Below the pieces are notes generated by a model. The model was not told the origin of the DNA. It was given only the letters and a program-made list of their open reading frames with translations, and ran no database searches. From contig CM097882.1 in the NCBI GenBank assembly GCA_044892505.1, positions 427,490,001 to 427,554,000 on the forward strand: DNA of 64,000 bases. Direction: 5' to 3'. The translations under genes were made by a program, and so were the position numbers. This document shows, one piece after another, positions 41,345 to 55,641 of this stretch (the first letter of the stretch is position 1; each line of letters starts with the position of its first letter). The stretch is from Schmidtea nova (lineage: Eukaryota).

Positions 41345-44200
41345 ACTATTAGAATTATAATTCAGTTGCGCTGACTTTTTGCTTTTATAGCACATCACAT
41401 TTTGTGGTACTTGAAACAAATGTGATTTTCAACTTTGCTTTACGCTCTTTTCCACCACTCTCGTCTTAACGCTGAGAGTTGATAAGATATGCTTGCGTTT
41501 TCTTTTTGTTGTACCGACTTTTTCTTCTATCATTCCGATTTCTCTAAAAGGCTGTCAAAATATTATTTTCTCTTCGTTTTTTTTCAATTTTGAAGTTGCA
41601 TTTGCCTTTTTGTACTTTTTAATTAATGACCTTTTTCAGTTATTTATTCAATTTCATTTGTTTCACTGCCATCTTTTCGTTTCTCAAGTTTTGTTTTTCA
41701 AACCTATTTGTTTCGTAATTTTAATCCTCACATCATTTATATTATTCATTTTTACCCAATTATTTTTTTTGTTTGTGCCAATATCTATTTTATTATTTAG
41801 GTATCCTCAACAATTATAAGAAAAATTCAATTCAAACTTAAACACTTAGTTACTTAAAGACATTCAAAATATCATTAGAACGTGCAACTTGAGCATTTAA
41901 TTTTGGATTTATATATCTAATCAACAATGCCTCGCATGTTACTCGTATCCAATAATTACTCAAACTTTTCGCAAATATTTTAAAATTTGAGATACCTTTT
42001 TTTTAATGACACATTTCCTAAAATTATTACTACTATTAGTAATAGGACATATTGAGTGCACAGCACTACTTTGTTTCACGTGTATGAGGAAGTTGGAAGA
42101 TTTAAGAAATTTTTAAATTTTAAATTTTAAAAATTAATTTTACGATTGATTTTTAAAATTTAAAAATATTTTTAATTAGAAAAGTATTTTTTGGAAATTT
42201 GTTTAAATATCAAATTATTTTGATAATAAAAATTTTTCTGAAATAAAAGTTATGGATTCAAATTGTTGTAAAACTGATTCTAATGTTTTAAAGGATGAAA
42301 ATCTTAATAACGTGGTTACTTTTTTTACGTTAAGACACCCAATAATGCGTTATCATTAGTTTTTACATAGCACACAAATTCATAAACATAATAACTCTCG
42401 GTGTTTAATCAGGGAACTGTTAGAGTGAATAAAACATATATTAATATTTGTAAACACCAGAGAAATAATTAGTTTTACACAAAAAAAGAATTGCAACAAT
42501 TCATAAAAATAGTGCACATGTCAGAACATAAACAGACTTAGACAAATCTGCACAAAACAGTAATATTTAAAAACCAACAAGGATTTCCCCTTAGAAATAA
42601 TTACACATATCCATATCCTGAGAATGTCTATAGATTCTTTCAAAGTTAAGCGCAGAAGCCCAAGACAAACTTGAAATCAATTAAACTGTTACAAATAACA
42701 GTGTAAAGGAAAACGTCATATAATCGTAAAAATTATTAAATTTGTTCTCCCTCCAAATGAATTATGCCTTAACGTATTTGGCTTCGACTACATCTTTCTA
42801 AAAAGAAGGCAACTGAGAAGTGTAAAAAAATACTTCTTAACTATGAAAGAAAACCCTTACTTAACCATGTATTCCGATGTATTCCTTGTATTCCGATCGT
42901 GTAAAAGACCTGCTGAGATGGGAAAGTGTCTTTAGAAATATTTATCATTTATAATTAAACATAAGTCATATTTGGATTGTTACCGAAATAATTTCCAATC
43001 ACAAATTTGCATTAGCTAACTTAGATGACTAAAGAAATTTGGTGGGTAAAAATAAGAGTTTAGCAAATGGGCATAATAGGAAAGTGACTTTTTTATAGAC
43101 CAACAGGATGATCAAGTTTGCAACTCAGTTCAATCACTCAATACAGATTATCGTCTTAATCTCTCAGCTTTGTGCAAAATTTGGTTTTCATTGTGTTTTA
43201 TATTTTTTTAATTATTTTTATAAATTTTATTGTATTGTACAGATTTGTCTCAGTCTGTTTTTGTTCTGACACAAGTACTGATTTAATGAATTGTTTCAAT
43301 TCTTTTTATTGTGTAAAACCATTTATTTCTTTAGTGTTTACAAATATTAATATGTTTCATTCACTTTAACGGTTCCCTTAGTAAATACCGAGAGTTATTA
43401 TGTTTATAAATTTGTGTGCTATGTAAAATCTAATGATTACGCTTCTTTTGTGTCTTTACGTAAGTAAAAGTTAGCACGTCAAACAAAGTAGTGCCTTGCA
43501 CTCACCATGTCCTTTTACTATTATTAGTAATAATTTTAGGAAATGTGTTATTAAAAAATAGGTATCTCAAAATTTAAAATTAGTGCGAAATGTTTGAGAA
43601 ATTATTGATAACGAGTAACATGTGAGTGAATGTTGATTAGACATTTAAATCAAATATTTATTGCTCAAGTTGCTCGTTCTACTGATATTATTAATCTATT
43701 TAAGTAACTAAGTGTTTAGGTTTGAAATGAGATTTTATAATTGTTGACGATAACTAAATAATAATACAAATCAAATGATTGGGGGAAATGAATAGGATAA
43801 ATGGTGTGGTGATTAACATTAAGGAAAAAGAGGTTTGAAGAACAAAACTCGAGAAACGAGAAGATGTAAGTGAAACAAAAGAAAGCGAATAAATAGCTAA
43901 ATAACGTCATTACTAGTTAAAAAGTAGAGTCAAAAAAATTTTCAAAATCGAAAAAAACAACGAAGTAAAAGTTATAATTGGAGAGCCTGCCAGAAATATC
44001 GAAATGGTAGAAGACAAAGTCGGAACAACAAAAGAAAAATCATGATATATCTCGACAAATGTCAGCGATAAGACCAGAGTTGTGGAAGAAGGCGAAAAGC
44101 AAATTTAAAAAACACATTTCTTTCAAAAACAACAATATTTAACGCGTTATAAAAGCAAATAGTCATCGCAGATGAATAAGAATTCTAATGTTACTATAAA
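41345..44200. mobile_element. Penelope-like element family 2 inverted pair, paralog in the second long intron
   Basis: The minus arm from about 41345 and the plus arm at about 43220-44200 match 14540-16640. Extra sequence lies at 42080-42320 and 42570-43030. Confidence 0.75.
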
Positions 44201-44412
44201 GTTGTGTGAAAAAAATGTCTTTTCGAAAGATTAGCGAGAAAGTCTTATTTAGCAGCTATTATCACAATAATGATTGAAAATTAAACAATAAATATTATAT
44301 TTTCTTTTATAGGTATTTTGCAAAATAAATTCATTATTATTTTTCTTAATATTTTCAATATAATTTACATTTGTAATTACATCAAAGAACTATTTTTAAA
44401 ATTTTATTTTAG

Positions 44413-47400
44413 CTACGAATCCAATCACAACTTCCAACCAACAAACAACAGTCACTCCAATCATCACAACATCAATTGATACAACTACGACTCCAACAAC
44501 GACAGTTCAATCAACTACGACATCTCCAATCACAACTTCTAACCAACAAACAACAGTCACTCCAATCACCACAACATCAATTGATACAACTACGACTCCA
44601 ACAACGACAATTCAATCAACTACGACATCTCCAATCACAACTTCCAACCAACAAACAACAGTCACTCCAATCACCACAACATCAATTGATACAACTACGA
44701 CTCCAACAACGACAATTCAATCAACTACGACAACTCCATTCACAACTTATAACCAACAAACAACAGTATCTCCAATTACCACAACGTCATCTGTTACATC
44801 TACCACTCCAACAACGACAGTTCAATCAACTATTACAACTCCAATCACAACTTCTAACCAACAAACAACAGTCACTCCAATCACCACAACATCAATTGAT
44901 ACAACTACGACTCCAACAACGACAGTTCAATCAACTACAACAACTCCATTCACAACTTCTAACCAACAAACAACAGTCACTCCAATTACCACAACGTCAT
45001 CTGCTACAACTACCACTCCAACGACAGTTCAATCAACTACCACAACTCAAATCACAACTTCCAAGCAAGAAACAACTGTCACTCCGATCACCACAACGTC
45101 ATCAGCTACAACTACCACTCCAACAACGACAATTCAATCAACTACCACAACTCCAATCACAACTTCTAACCAACAAACAACAGTCACTCCGAATACTACA
45201 ACGTCATCTGCTACAACTACCACTCCAACGACAGTTCAATCAACTACCACAACTCCTATCACAACTTCCACCCAACAAACAACCGTCACTCCAATCACCA
45301 CAACATCAATTGATACAACTTCCATTCCAACAACGACAGTTCAATCAACTACGACAACTCCAATTACAATTTCTAACCAACAAACAACAGTCACTCCAAT
45401 CACCACAACGTCATCTGCTACAACTACCACTCCAACAACGACAGTTCAATCCACTACGACAACTCCAATCACAACTTCCAACCAACAAACAACAGTCACT
45501 CCAATCACCACAACGTCATCTGCTACAACTACCACGCCAACAACGACAGTTCAATCAACTACCACAACTCCTATCACAACTTCCACCCAACAAACAACAG
45601 TCACTCCAATCATCACAACTTCAATTGATAGAACTACCATTCCAACAACGACAGTTCAATCAACTACGACAACTCCAATTACAATTTCTAACCAACAAAC
45701 AACAGTCACACCAATCACCACAACGTCATCTGCTACAACTACCACTCCAACAACGACAGTTCAATCAACTACTACAACTCCAATCACAACTTCTAACCAA
45801 CAAACAACAGTCACTCCAATCATCACAACTTCAATTGATACAACTACCATTCCAACAACGACAGTTCAATCAACTACGACAAATCCAATAACAATTTCTA
45901 ACCAACAAACAACAGTCACTCCAATCACCACAACGTCATCTGCTACAACTACCACTCCAACAACGACAGTTCAATCCACTACGACAACTCCAATCACAAC
46001 TTCCAACCAACAAACAACAGTCACTCCAATCACCACAACGTCATCTGCTACAACTACCACGCCAACAACGACAGTTCAATCAACTACCACAACTCCTATC
46101 ACAACTTCCACCCAACAAACAACAGTCACTCCAATCATCACAACTTCAATTGATACAACTACCATTCCAACAACGACAGTTCAATCAACTACGACAACTC
46201 CAATTACAATTTCTAACCAACAAACAACAGTCACTCCAATCACCACAACGTCATCTGCTACAACTACCACTCCAACAACGACAGTTCAATCCACTACGAC
46301 AACTCCAATCACAACTTCCAACCAACAAACAACAGTCACTCCAATCACCACAACGTCATCTGCTACAACTACCACGCCAACAACGACAGTTCAATCAACT
46401 ACCACAACTCCTATCACAACTTCCACCCAACAAACAACAGTCACTCCAATCATCACAACTTCAATTGATACAACTACCATTCCAACAACGACAGTTCAAT
46501 CAACTACGACAACTCCAATTACAATTTCTAACCAACAAACAACAGTCACTCCAATCACCACAACGTCATCTGCTACAACTACCACTCCAACAACGACAGT
46601 TCAATCCACTACGACAACTCCAATCACAACTTCCAACCAACAAACAACAGTCACTCCAATCACCACAACGTCATCTGCTACAACTACCACGCCAACAACG
46701 ACAGTTCAATCAACTACCACAACTCCTATCACAACTTCCACCCAACAAACAACAGTCACTCCAATCATCACAACTTCAATTGATACAACTACCATTCCAA
46801 CAACGACAGTTCAATCAACTACGACAACTCCAATTACAATTTCTAACCAACAAACATCAGTCACTCCGATTACCACAACGTCATCTGCTACAACTACCAC
46901 TCCAACAACGACAGTTCAATCCACTACGACAACTCCAATCACAACTTCCAACCAACAAACAACAGTCACTCCAATCACCACAACGTCATCTGCTACAACT
47001 ACCACGCCAACAACGACAGTTCAATCAACTACTACAACTCCAATCACAACTTCTAACCAACAAACAACAGTCACTCCAATCATCACAACGTCATCTGCTA
47101 CAACTACCACGCCAACAACGACAGTTCAATCCACTACGACAACTCCAATCACAACTTCCACCCAACAAACAACAGTCAATCCAATCACCACAACGTCATC
47201 TGCTACAACTACCACTCCAACGACAGTTCAATCAACTACCACAACTCCAATCACAACTTCCAAGCAAGAAACAACTGTCACTCCAATCACCACAACGTCA
47301 TCAGCTACAAATACCACTCCAACAACGACAGTTCAATCAACTACCACCACTCCAATCACAACTTCCACCCAACAAACAACAGTCACTCCAATCATCACAA

Positions 47401-50400
47401 CTTCAATTGATACAACTACCATTCCAACAACGACAGTTCAATCAACTACGACAACTCCAATCACAATTTCTAACCAACAAACAACAGTCACTCCAATCAC
47501 CACAACGTCATCTGCTACAACTACAACTCCAACAACGACAGTTCAATCAACTACCACCACTCCAATCACAACTTCCAAACAACAAACAACAGTCACTCCA
47601 ATCATCACAACTTCAATTGATACAACTACCATTCCAACAACGACAGTTCAATCAACTACGACAACTCCAATTACAATTTCTAACCAACAAACAACAGTCA
47701 CTCCAATCACCACAACGTCATCTGCTACAACTACCACGCCAACAACGACAGTTCAATCCACTACGACAACTCCAATCACAACTTCTAACCAACAAACAAC
47801 AGTCACTCCGATTACTACAACGTCATCAGCTACAACTACCACTCCAACAACGACAATTCAATCAACTACCACAACTCCAATCACAACTTCTAACCAACAA
47901 ACATCAGTCACTCCGATTACCACAACGTCATCAGCTACAACTACCACTCCAACAACGACAGTTCAATCCACTACGACAACTCCAATCACAACTTCCAACC
48001 AACAAACAACAGTCACTCCAATCATCACAACATCAATTGATACAACTTCCATTCCAACAACGACAGTTCAATCAACTACGACAACTCCAATCACAACTTC
48101 CAACCAACAAACAACAGTCACTCCAATCATCACAACATCAATTGATACAACTACCATTCCAACAACGACAGTTCAATCAACTACTACAACTCCAATCACA
48201 ACTTCTAACCAACAAACATCAGTCACTCCGATTACCACAACGTCATCAGCTACAACTACCACTCCAACAACGACAGTTCAATCCACTACGACAACTCCAA
48301 TCACAACTTCCAACCAACAAACAACAGTCACTCCAATCATCACAACATCAATTGATATAACTTCCATTCCAACAACGACAGTTCAATCAACTACGACAAC
48401 TCCAATTACAATTTCTAACCAACAAACAACAGTCACTCCAATCACCACAACGTCATCTGCTACAACTACCACGCCAACAACGACAGTTCAATCAACTACC
48501 ACAACTCCTATCACAACTTCCACCCAACAAACAACAGTCACTCCAATCATCACAACTTCAATTGATACAACTACCATTCCAACAACGACAGTTCAATCAA
48601 CTACTACAACTCCAATCACAACTTCTAACCAACAAACATCAGTCACTCCGATTACCACAACGTCATCAGCTACAACAACCACTCCAACAACGACAGTTCA
48701 ATCAACTACCACCACTCCAATCACAACTTCCACCCAACAAACAACAGTCACTCCAATCATCACAACTTCAATTGATACAACTTCCATTCCAACAACGACA
48801 GTTCAATCAACTACGACAACTCCAATCACAATTTCTAACCAACAAACAACAGTCACTCCAATCACCACAACGTCATCTGTTACAACTACCACGCCAACAA
48901 CGACAGTTCAATCAACTACCACAACTCCTATCACAACTTCCACCCAACAAACAACAGTCACTCCAATCACCACAACGTCATCTGCTACAACTACCACTCC
49001 AACGACAGTTCAATCAACTACCACAACTCCAATCACAACTTCCAAGCAAGAAACAACTGTCACTCCGATCACCACAACGCCATCTGCTACAACTACCACT
49101 CCAACGACAGTTCAATCAACTACCACAACTCCTATCACAACTTCCACCCAACAAACAACCGTCACTCCAATCACCACAACATCAATTGATACAACTTCCA
49201 TTCCAACAACGACAGTTCAATCAACTACGACAACTCCAATTACAATTTCTAACCAACAAACAACAGTCACTCCAATCACCACAACGTCATCTGCTACAAC
49301 TACCACTCCAACAACGACAGTTCAATCCACTACGACAACTCCAATCACAACTTCCAACCAACAAACAACAGTCACTCCAATCACCACAACGTCATCTGCT
49401 ACAACTACCACGCCAACAACGACAGTTCAATCAACTACCACAACTCCTATCACAACTTCCACCCAACAAACAACAGTCACTCCAATCATCACAACTTCAA
49501 TTGATAGAACTACCATTCCAACAACGACAGTTCAATCAACTACGACAACTCCAATTACAATTTCTAACCAACAAACAACAGTCACACCAATCACCACAAC
49601 GTCATCTGCTACAACTACCACTCCAACAACGACAGTTCAATCAACTACTACAACTCCAATCACAACTTCTAACCAACAAACAACAGTCACTCCAATCATC
49701 ACAACTTCAATTGATACAACTACCATTCCAACAACGACAGTTCAATCAACTACGACAAATCCAATAACAATTTCTAACCAACAAACAACAGTCACTCCAA
49801 TCACCACAACGTCATCTGCTACAACTACCACTCCAACAACGACAGTTCAATCCACTACGACAACTCCAATCACAACTTCCAACCAACAAACAACAGTCAC
49901 TCCAATCACCACAACGTCATCTGCTACAACTACCACGACAACAACGACAGTTCAATCAACTACCACAACTCCTATCACAACTTCCACCCAACAAACAACA
50001 GTCACTCCAATCATCACAACTTCAATTGATACAACTACCATTCCAACAACGACAGTTCAATCAACTACGACAACTCCAATTACAATTTCTAACCAACAAA
50101 CAACAGTCACTCCAATCACCACAACGTCATCTGCTACAACTACCACTCCAACAACGACAGTTCAATCCACTACGACAACTCCAATCACAACTTCCAACCA
50201 ACAAACAACAGTCACTCCAATCACCACAACGTCATCTGCTACAACTACCACGCCAACAACGACAGTTCAATCAACTACCACAACTCCTATCACAACTTCC
50301 ACCCAACAAACAACAGTCACTCCAATCATCACAACTTCAATTGATACAACTACCATTCCAACAACGACAGTTCAATCAACTACGACAACTCCAATTACAA

Positions 50401-53400
50401 TTTCTAACCAACAAACAACAGTCACTCCAATCACCACAACGTCATCTGCTACAACTACCACTCCAACAACGACAGTTCAATCCACTACGACAACTCCAAT
50501 CACAACTTCCAACCAACAAACAACAGTCACTCCAATCACCACAACGTCATCTGCTACAACTACCACGCCAACAACGACAGTTCAATCAACTACCACAACT
50601 CCTATCACAACTTCCACCCAACAAACAACAGTCACTCCAATCATCACAACTTCAATTGATACAACTACCATTCCAACAACGACAGTTCAATCAACTACGA
50701 CAACTCCAATTACAATTTCTAACCAACAAACATCAGTCACTCCGATTACCACAACGTCATCTGCTACAACTACCACTCCAACAACGACAGTTCAATCCAC
50801 TACGACAACTCCAATCACAACTTCCAACCAACAAACAACAGTCACTCCAATCACCACAACGTCATCTGCTACAACTACCACGCCAACAACGACAGTTCAA
50901 TCAACTACTACAACTCCAATCACAACTTCTAACCAACAAACAACAGTCACTCCAATCATCACAACGTCATCTGCTACAACTACCACGCCAACAACGACAG
51001 TTCAATCCACTACGACAACTCCAATCACAACTTCCACCCAACAAACAACAGTCAATCCAATCACCACAACGTCATCTGCTACAACTACCACTCCAACGAC
51101 AGTTCAATCAACTACCACAACTCCAATCACAACTTCCAAGCAAGAAACAACTGTCACTCCAATCACCACAACGTCATCAGCTACAAATACCACTCCAACA
51201 ACGACAGTTCAATCAACTACCACCACTCCAATCACAACTTCCACCCAACAAACAACAGTCACTCCAATCATCACAACTTCAATTGATACAACTACCATTC
51301 CAACAACGACAGTTCAATCAACTACGACAACTCCAATCACAATTTCTAACCAACAAACAACAGTCACTCCAATCACCACAACGTCATCTGCTACAACTAC
51401 AACTCCAACAACGACAGTTCAATCAACTACCACCACTCCAATCACAACTTCCAAACAACAAACAACAGTCACTCCAATCATCACAACTTCAATTGATACA
51501 ACTACCATTCCAACAACGACAGTTCAATCAACTACGACAACTCCAATTACAATTTCTAACCAACAAACAACAGTCACTCCAATCACCACAACGTCATCTG
51601 CTACAACTACCACGCCAACAACGACAGTTCAATCCACTACGACAACTCCAATCACAACTTCTAACCAACAAACAACAGTCACTCCGATTACTACAACGTC
51701 ATCAGCTACAACTACCACTCCAACAACGACAATTCAATCAACTACCACAACTCCAATCACAACTTCTAACCAACAAACATCAGTCACTCCGATTACCACA
51801 ACGTCATCAGCTACAACTACCACTCCAACAACGACAGTTCAATCCACTACGACAACTCCAATCACAACTTCCAACCAACAAACAACAGTCACTCCAATCA
51901 TCACAACATCAATTGATACAACTTCCATTCCAACAACGACAGTTCAATCAACTACGACAACTCCAATCACAACTTCCAACCAACAAACAACAGTCACTCC
52001 AATCATCACAACATCAATTGATACAACTACCATTCCAACAACGACAGTTCAATCAACTACTACAACTCCAATCACAACTTTCAACCAACAAACAACAGTC
52101 ACTCCAATCACCACAACATCAATTGATACAACTTCCATTCCAACAACGACAGTTCAATCAACTACGACAACTCCAATCACAACTTCCAACCAACAAACAA
52201 CAGTCACTCCAATCATCACAACATCAATTGATACAACTACCATTCCAACAACGACAGTTCAATCAACTACTACAACTCCAATCACAACTTCTAACCAACA
52301 AACATCAGTCACTCCGATTACCACAACGTCATCAGCTACAACTACCACTCCAACAACGACAGTTCAATCCACTACGACAACTCCAATCACAACTTCCAAC
52401 CAACAAACAACAGTCACTCCAATCATCACAACATCAATTGATATAACTTCCATTCCAACAACGACAGTTCAATCAACTACGACAACTCCAATTACAATTT
52501 CTAACCAACAAACAACAGTCACTCCAATCACCACAACGTCATCTGCTACAACTACCACGCCAACAACGACAGTTCAATCAACTACCACAACTCCTATCAC
52601 AACTTCCACCCAACAAACAACAGTCACTCCAATCATCACAACTTCAATTGATACAACTACCATTCCAACAACGACAGTTCAATCAACTACTACAACTCCA
52701 ATCACAACTTCTAACCAACAAACATCAGTCACTCCGATTACCACAACGTCATCAGCTACAACAACCACTCCAACAACGACAGTTCAATCAACTACCACCA
52801 CTCCAATCACAACTTCCACCCAACAAACAACAGTCACTCCAATCATCACAACTTCAATTGATACAACTTCCATTCCAACAACGACAGTTCAATCAACTAC
52901 GACAACTCCAATCACAATTTCTAACCAACAAACAACAGTCACTCCAATCACCACAACGTCATCTGTTACAACTACCACGCCAACAACGACAGTTCAATCC
53001 ACTACCACAACTCCTATCACAACTTCCACCCAACAAACAACAGTCACTCCAATCACCACAACGTCATCTGCTACAACTACCACTCCAACGACAGTTCAAT
53101 CAACTACCACAACTCCAATCACAACTTCCAAGCAAGAAACAACTGTCACTCCGATCACCACAACGTCATCTGCTACAACTACCACTCCAACAACGACAAT
53201 TCCATCAACTACGACAACTCCAATCACAATTTCTAACCAACAAACAACAGTCACTCCAATCACCACAACGTCATCAGCTACAACTACCACTCCAACAACG
53301 ACAATTCAATCAACTACCACAACTCCAATCACAACTTTCAACCAACAAACAACAGTCACTCCAATCACCACAACATCAATTGATACAACTTCCATTCCAA

Positions 53401-55550
53401 CAACGACAGTTCAATCAACTACGACAACTCCAATCACAACTTCCAACCAACAAACAACAGTCACTCCAATCATCACAACATCAATTGATACAACTACCAT
53501 TCCAACAACGACAGTTCAATCAACTACTACAACTCCAATCACAACTTCTAACCAACAAACATCAGTCACTCCGATTACCACAACGTCATCAGCTACAACT
53601 ACCACTCCAACAACGACAGTTCAATCCACTACGACAACTCCAATCACAACTTCCAACCAACAAACAACAGTCACTCCAATCATCACAACATCAATTGATA
53701 CAACTACCATTCCAACAACGACAGTTCAATCAACTACTACAACTCCAATCACAACTTCTAACCAACAAACATCAGTCACTCCGAATACCACAACGTCATC
53801 TGCTACAACTACCACTCCAACGTCAGTTCAATCAACTACCACAACTCCAATCACAACTTTCAACCAACAAACAACAGTCACTCCAATCAAAAGAACATCA
53901 ATTGATATAACTTCCATTCCAACAACGACAGTTCAATCAACTACGACAACTCCAATTACAATTTCTAACCAACAAACAACAGTCACTCCAATCACCACAA
54001 CGTCATCTGCTACAACTACCACTCCAACAACGACAGTTCAATCCACTACGACAACTCCAATCACAACTTCCAACCAACAAACAACAGTCACTCCAATCAT
54101 CACAACATCAATTGATACAACTACCATTCCAACAACGACAGTTCAATCAACTACTACAACTCCAATCACAACTTCTAACCAACAAACATCAGTCACTCCA
54201 ATCATCACAACATCAATTGATACAACTACCATTCGAACAACGACAGTTCAATCAACTACCACAACTCCTATCACAACTTCCACCCAACAAACAACAGTCA
54301 CTCCAATCACCACAACGTCATCTGCTACAACTACCACTCCAACGACAGTTCAATCAACTACCACAACTCCAATCACAACTTCCAAGCAAGAAACAACTGT
54401 CACTCCGATCACCACAACGTCATCTGCTACAACTACCACTCCAACAACGACAATTCCATCAACTTCGACAACTCCAATCACAATTTCTAACCAACAAACA
54501 ACAGTCACTCCAATCACCACAACGTCATCAGCTACAACTACCACTCCAACAACGACAGTTCAATCAACTACCACCACTCCAATCACAACTTCCACCCAAC
54601 AAACAACAGTCACTCCAATCATCACAACTTCAATTGATACAACTACCATTCCAACAACGACAGTTCAATCAACTACGACAACTCCAATCACAATTTCTAA
54701 CCAACAAACAACAGTCACTCCAATCACCACAACGTCATCTGCTACAACTACTACTCCAACAACGACAGTTCAATCAACTACCACCACTCCTATCACAACT
54801 TCCACCCAACAAACAACAGTCACTCCAATCATCACAACTTCAATTCATACAACTACCATTCCAACAACGACAGTTCAATCAACTACGACAACTCCAATTA
54901 CAATTTCTAACCAACAAACAACAGTCACTCCAATCATCACAACATCAATTGATACAACTACCCTTCCAACAACGACAGTTCAATCAACTACTACAACTCC
55001 AATCACAATTTCTAACCAACAAACAACAGTCACTCCAATCACCACAACGTCATCTGCTACAACTACTACTCCAACAACGACAGTTCAATCAACTACCACC
55101 ACTCCTATCACAACTTCCACCCAACAAACAACAGTCACTCCAATCATCACAACTTCAATTCATACAACTACCATTCCAACAACGACAGTTCAATCAACTA
55201 CGACAACTCCAATTACAATTTCTAACCAACAAACAACAGTCACTCCAATCACCACAACGTCATCTGCTACAACTACCACTCCAACAACGACAGTTCAATC
55301 AACTACCACAACTCCAATCACAACTTCCAACCAACAAACAACAGTCACTCCAATCATCACAACATCAATTGATACAACTACCCTTCCAACAACGACAGTT
55401 CAATCAACTACTACAACTCCAATCACAACTTCTAACCAACAAACATCAGTCACTCCGATTACCACAACGTCATCAGCTACAACTACCACTCCAACAACGA
55501 CAGTTCAATCAACTACGACAACTCCAATCACAACTTCCACCCAACAAACG
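44413..55550 (+). repeat. 105/102-bp coding minisatellite array 3 (about 106 units) with a 3,876-bp higher-order duplication
   Basis: Shadow ORFs at 46150/50026 and ORF ends at 45891/49767 are both offset by 3,876 bp (37 units, three of them 102 bp). Confidence 0.95.
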
Positions 55551-55641
55551 ACTCTCTTTTCTCAATCATCCTCATCATTTGGTCCTTTTTCTTCATTACC
55601 TCTTTCCAATCTGTCTTCTCCACCGTCAAATGTAATAACAG
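44413..55641 (+). CDS. Mucin PTS exon 3 (11,229 nt, about 3,743 aa)
   Basis: Acceptor ttttattttag|CT ACG AAT CCA ATC. Repeat variants include SNQQ and SKQE and some 102-bp units. Ends ...AAT GTA ATA ACA G|gttaat (phase 1). Length divisible by 3. Confidence 0.85.

Noticed and set aside
298-55635. Long Gln/Leu/Pro-rich plus-strand ORFs (e.g. 298..4062, 26149..28266, 50026..52446)
   Set aside because: Alternative-frame shadows of the 105-bp repeat. They are broken by TAA wherever a unit varies, while the Thr frame stays open and matches the splice phases.
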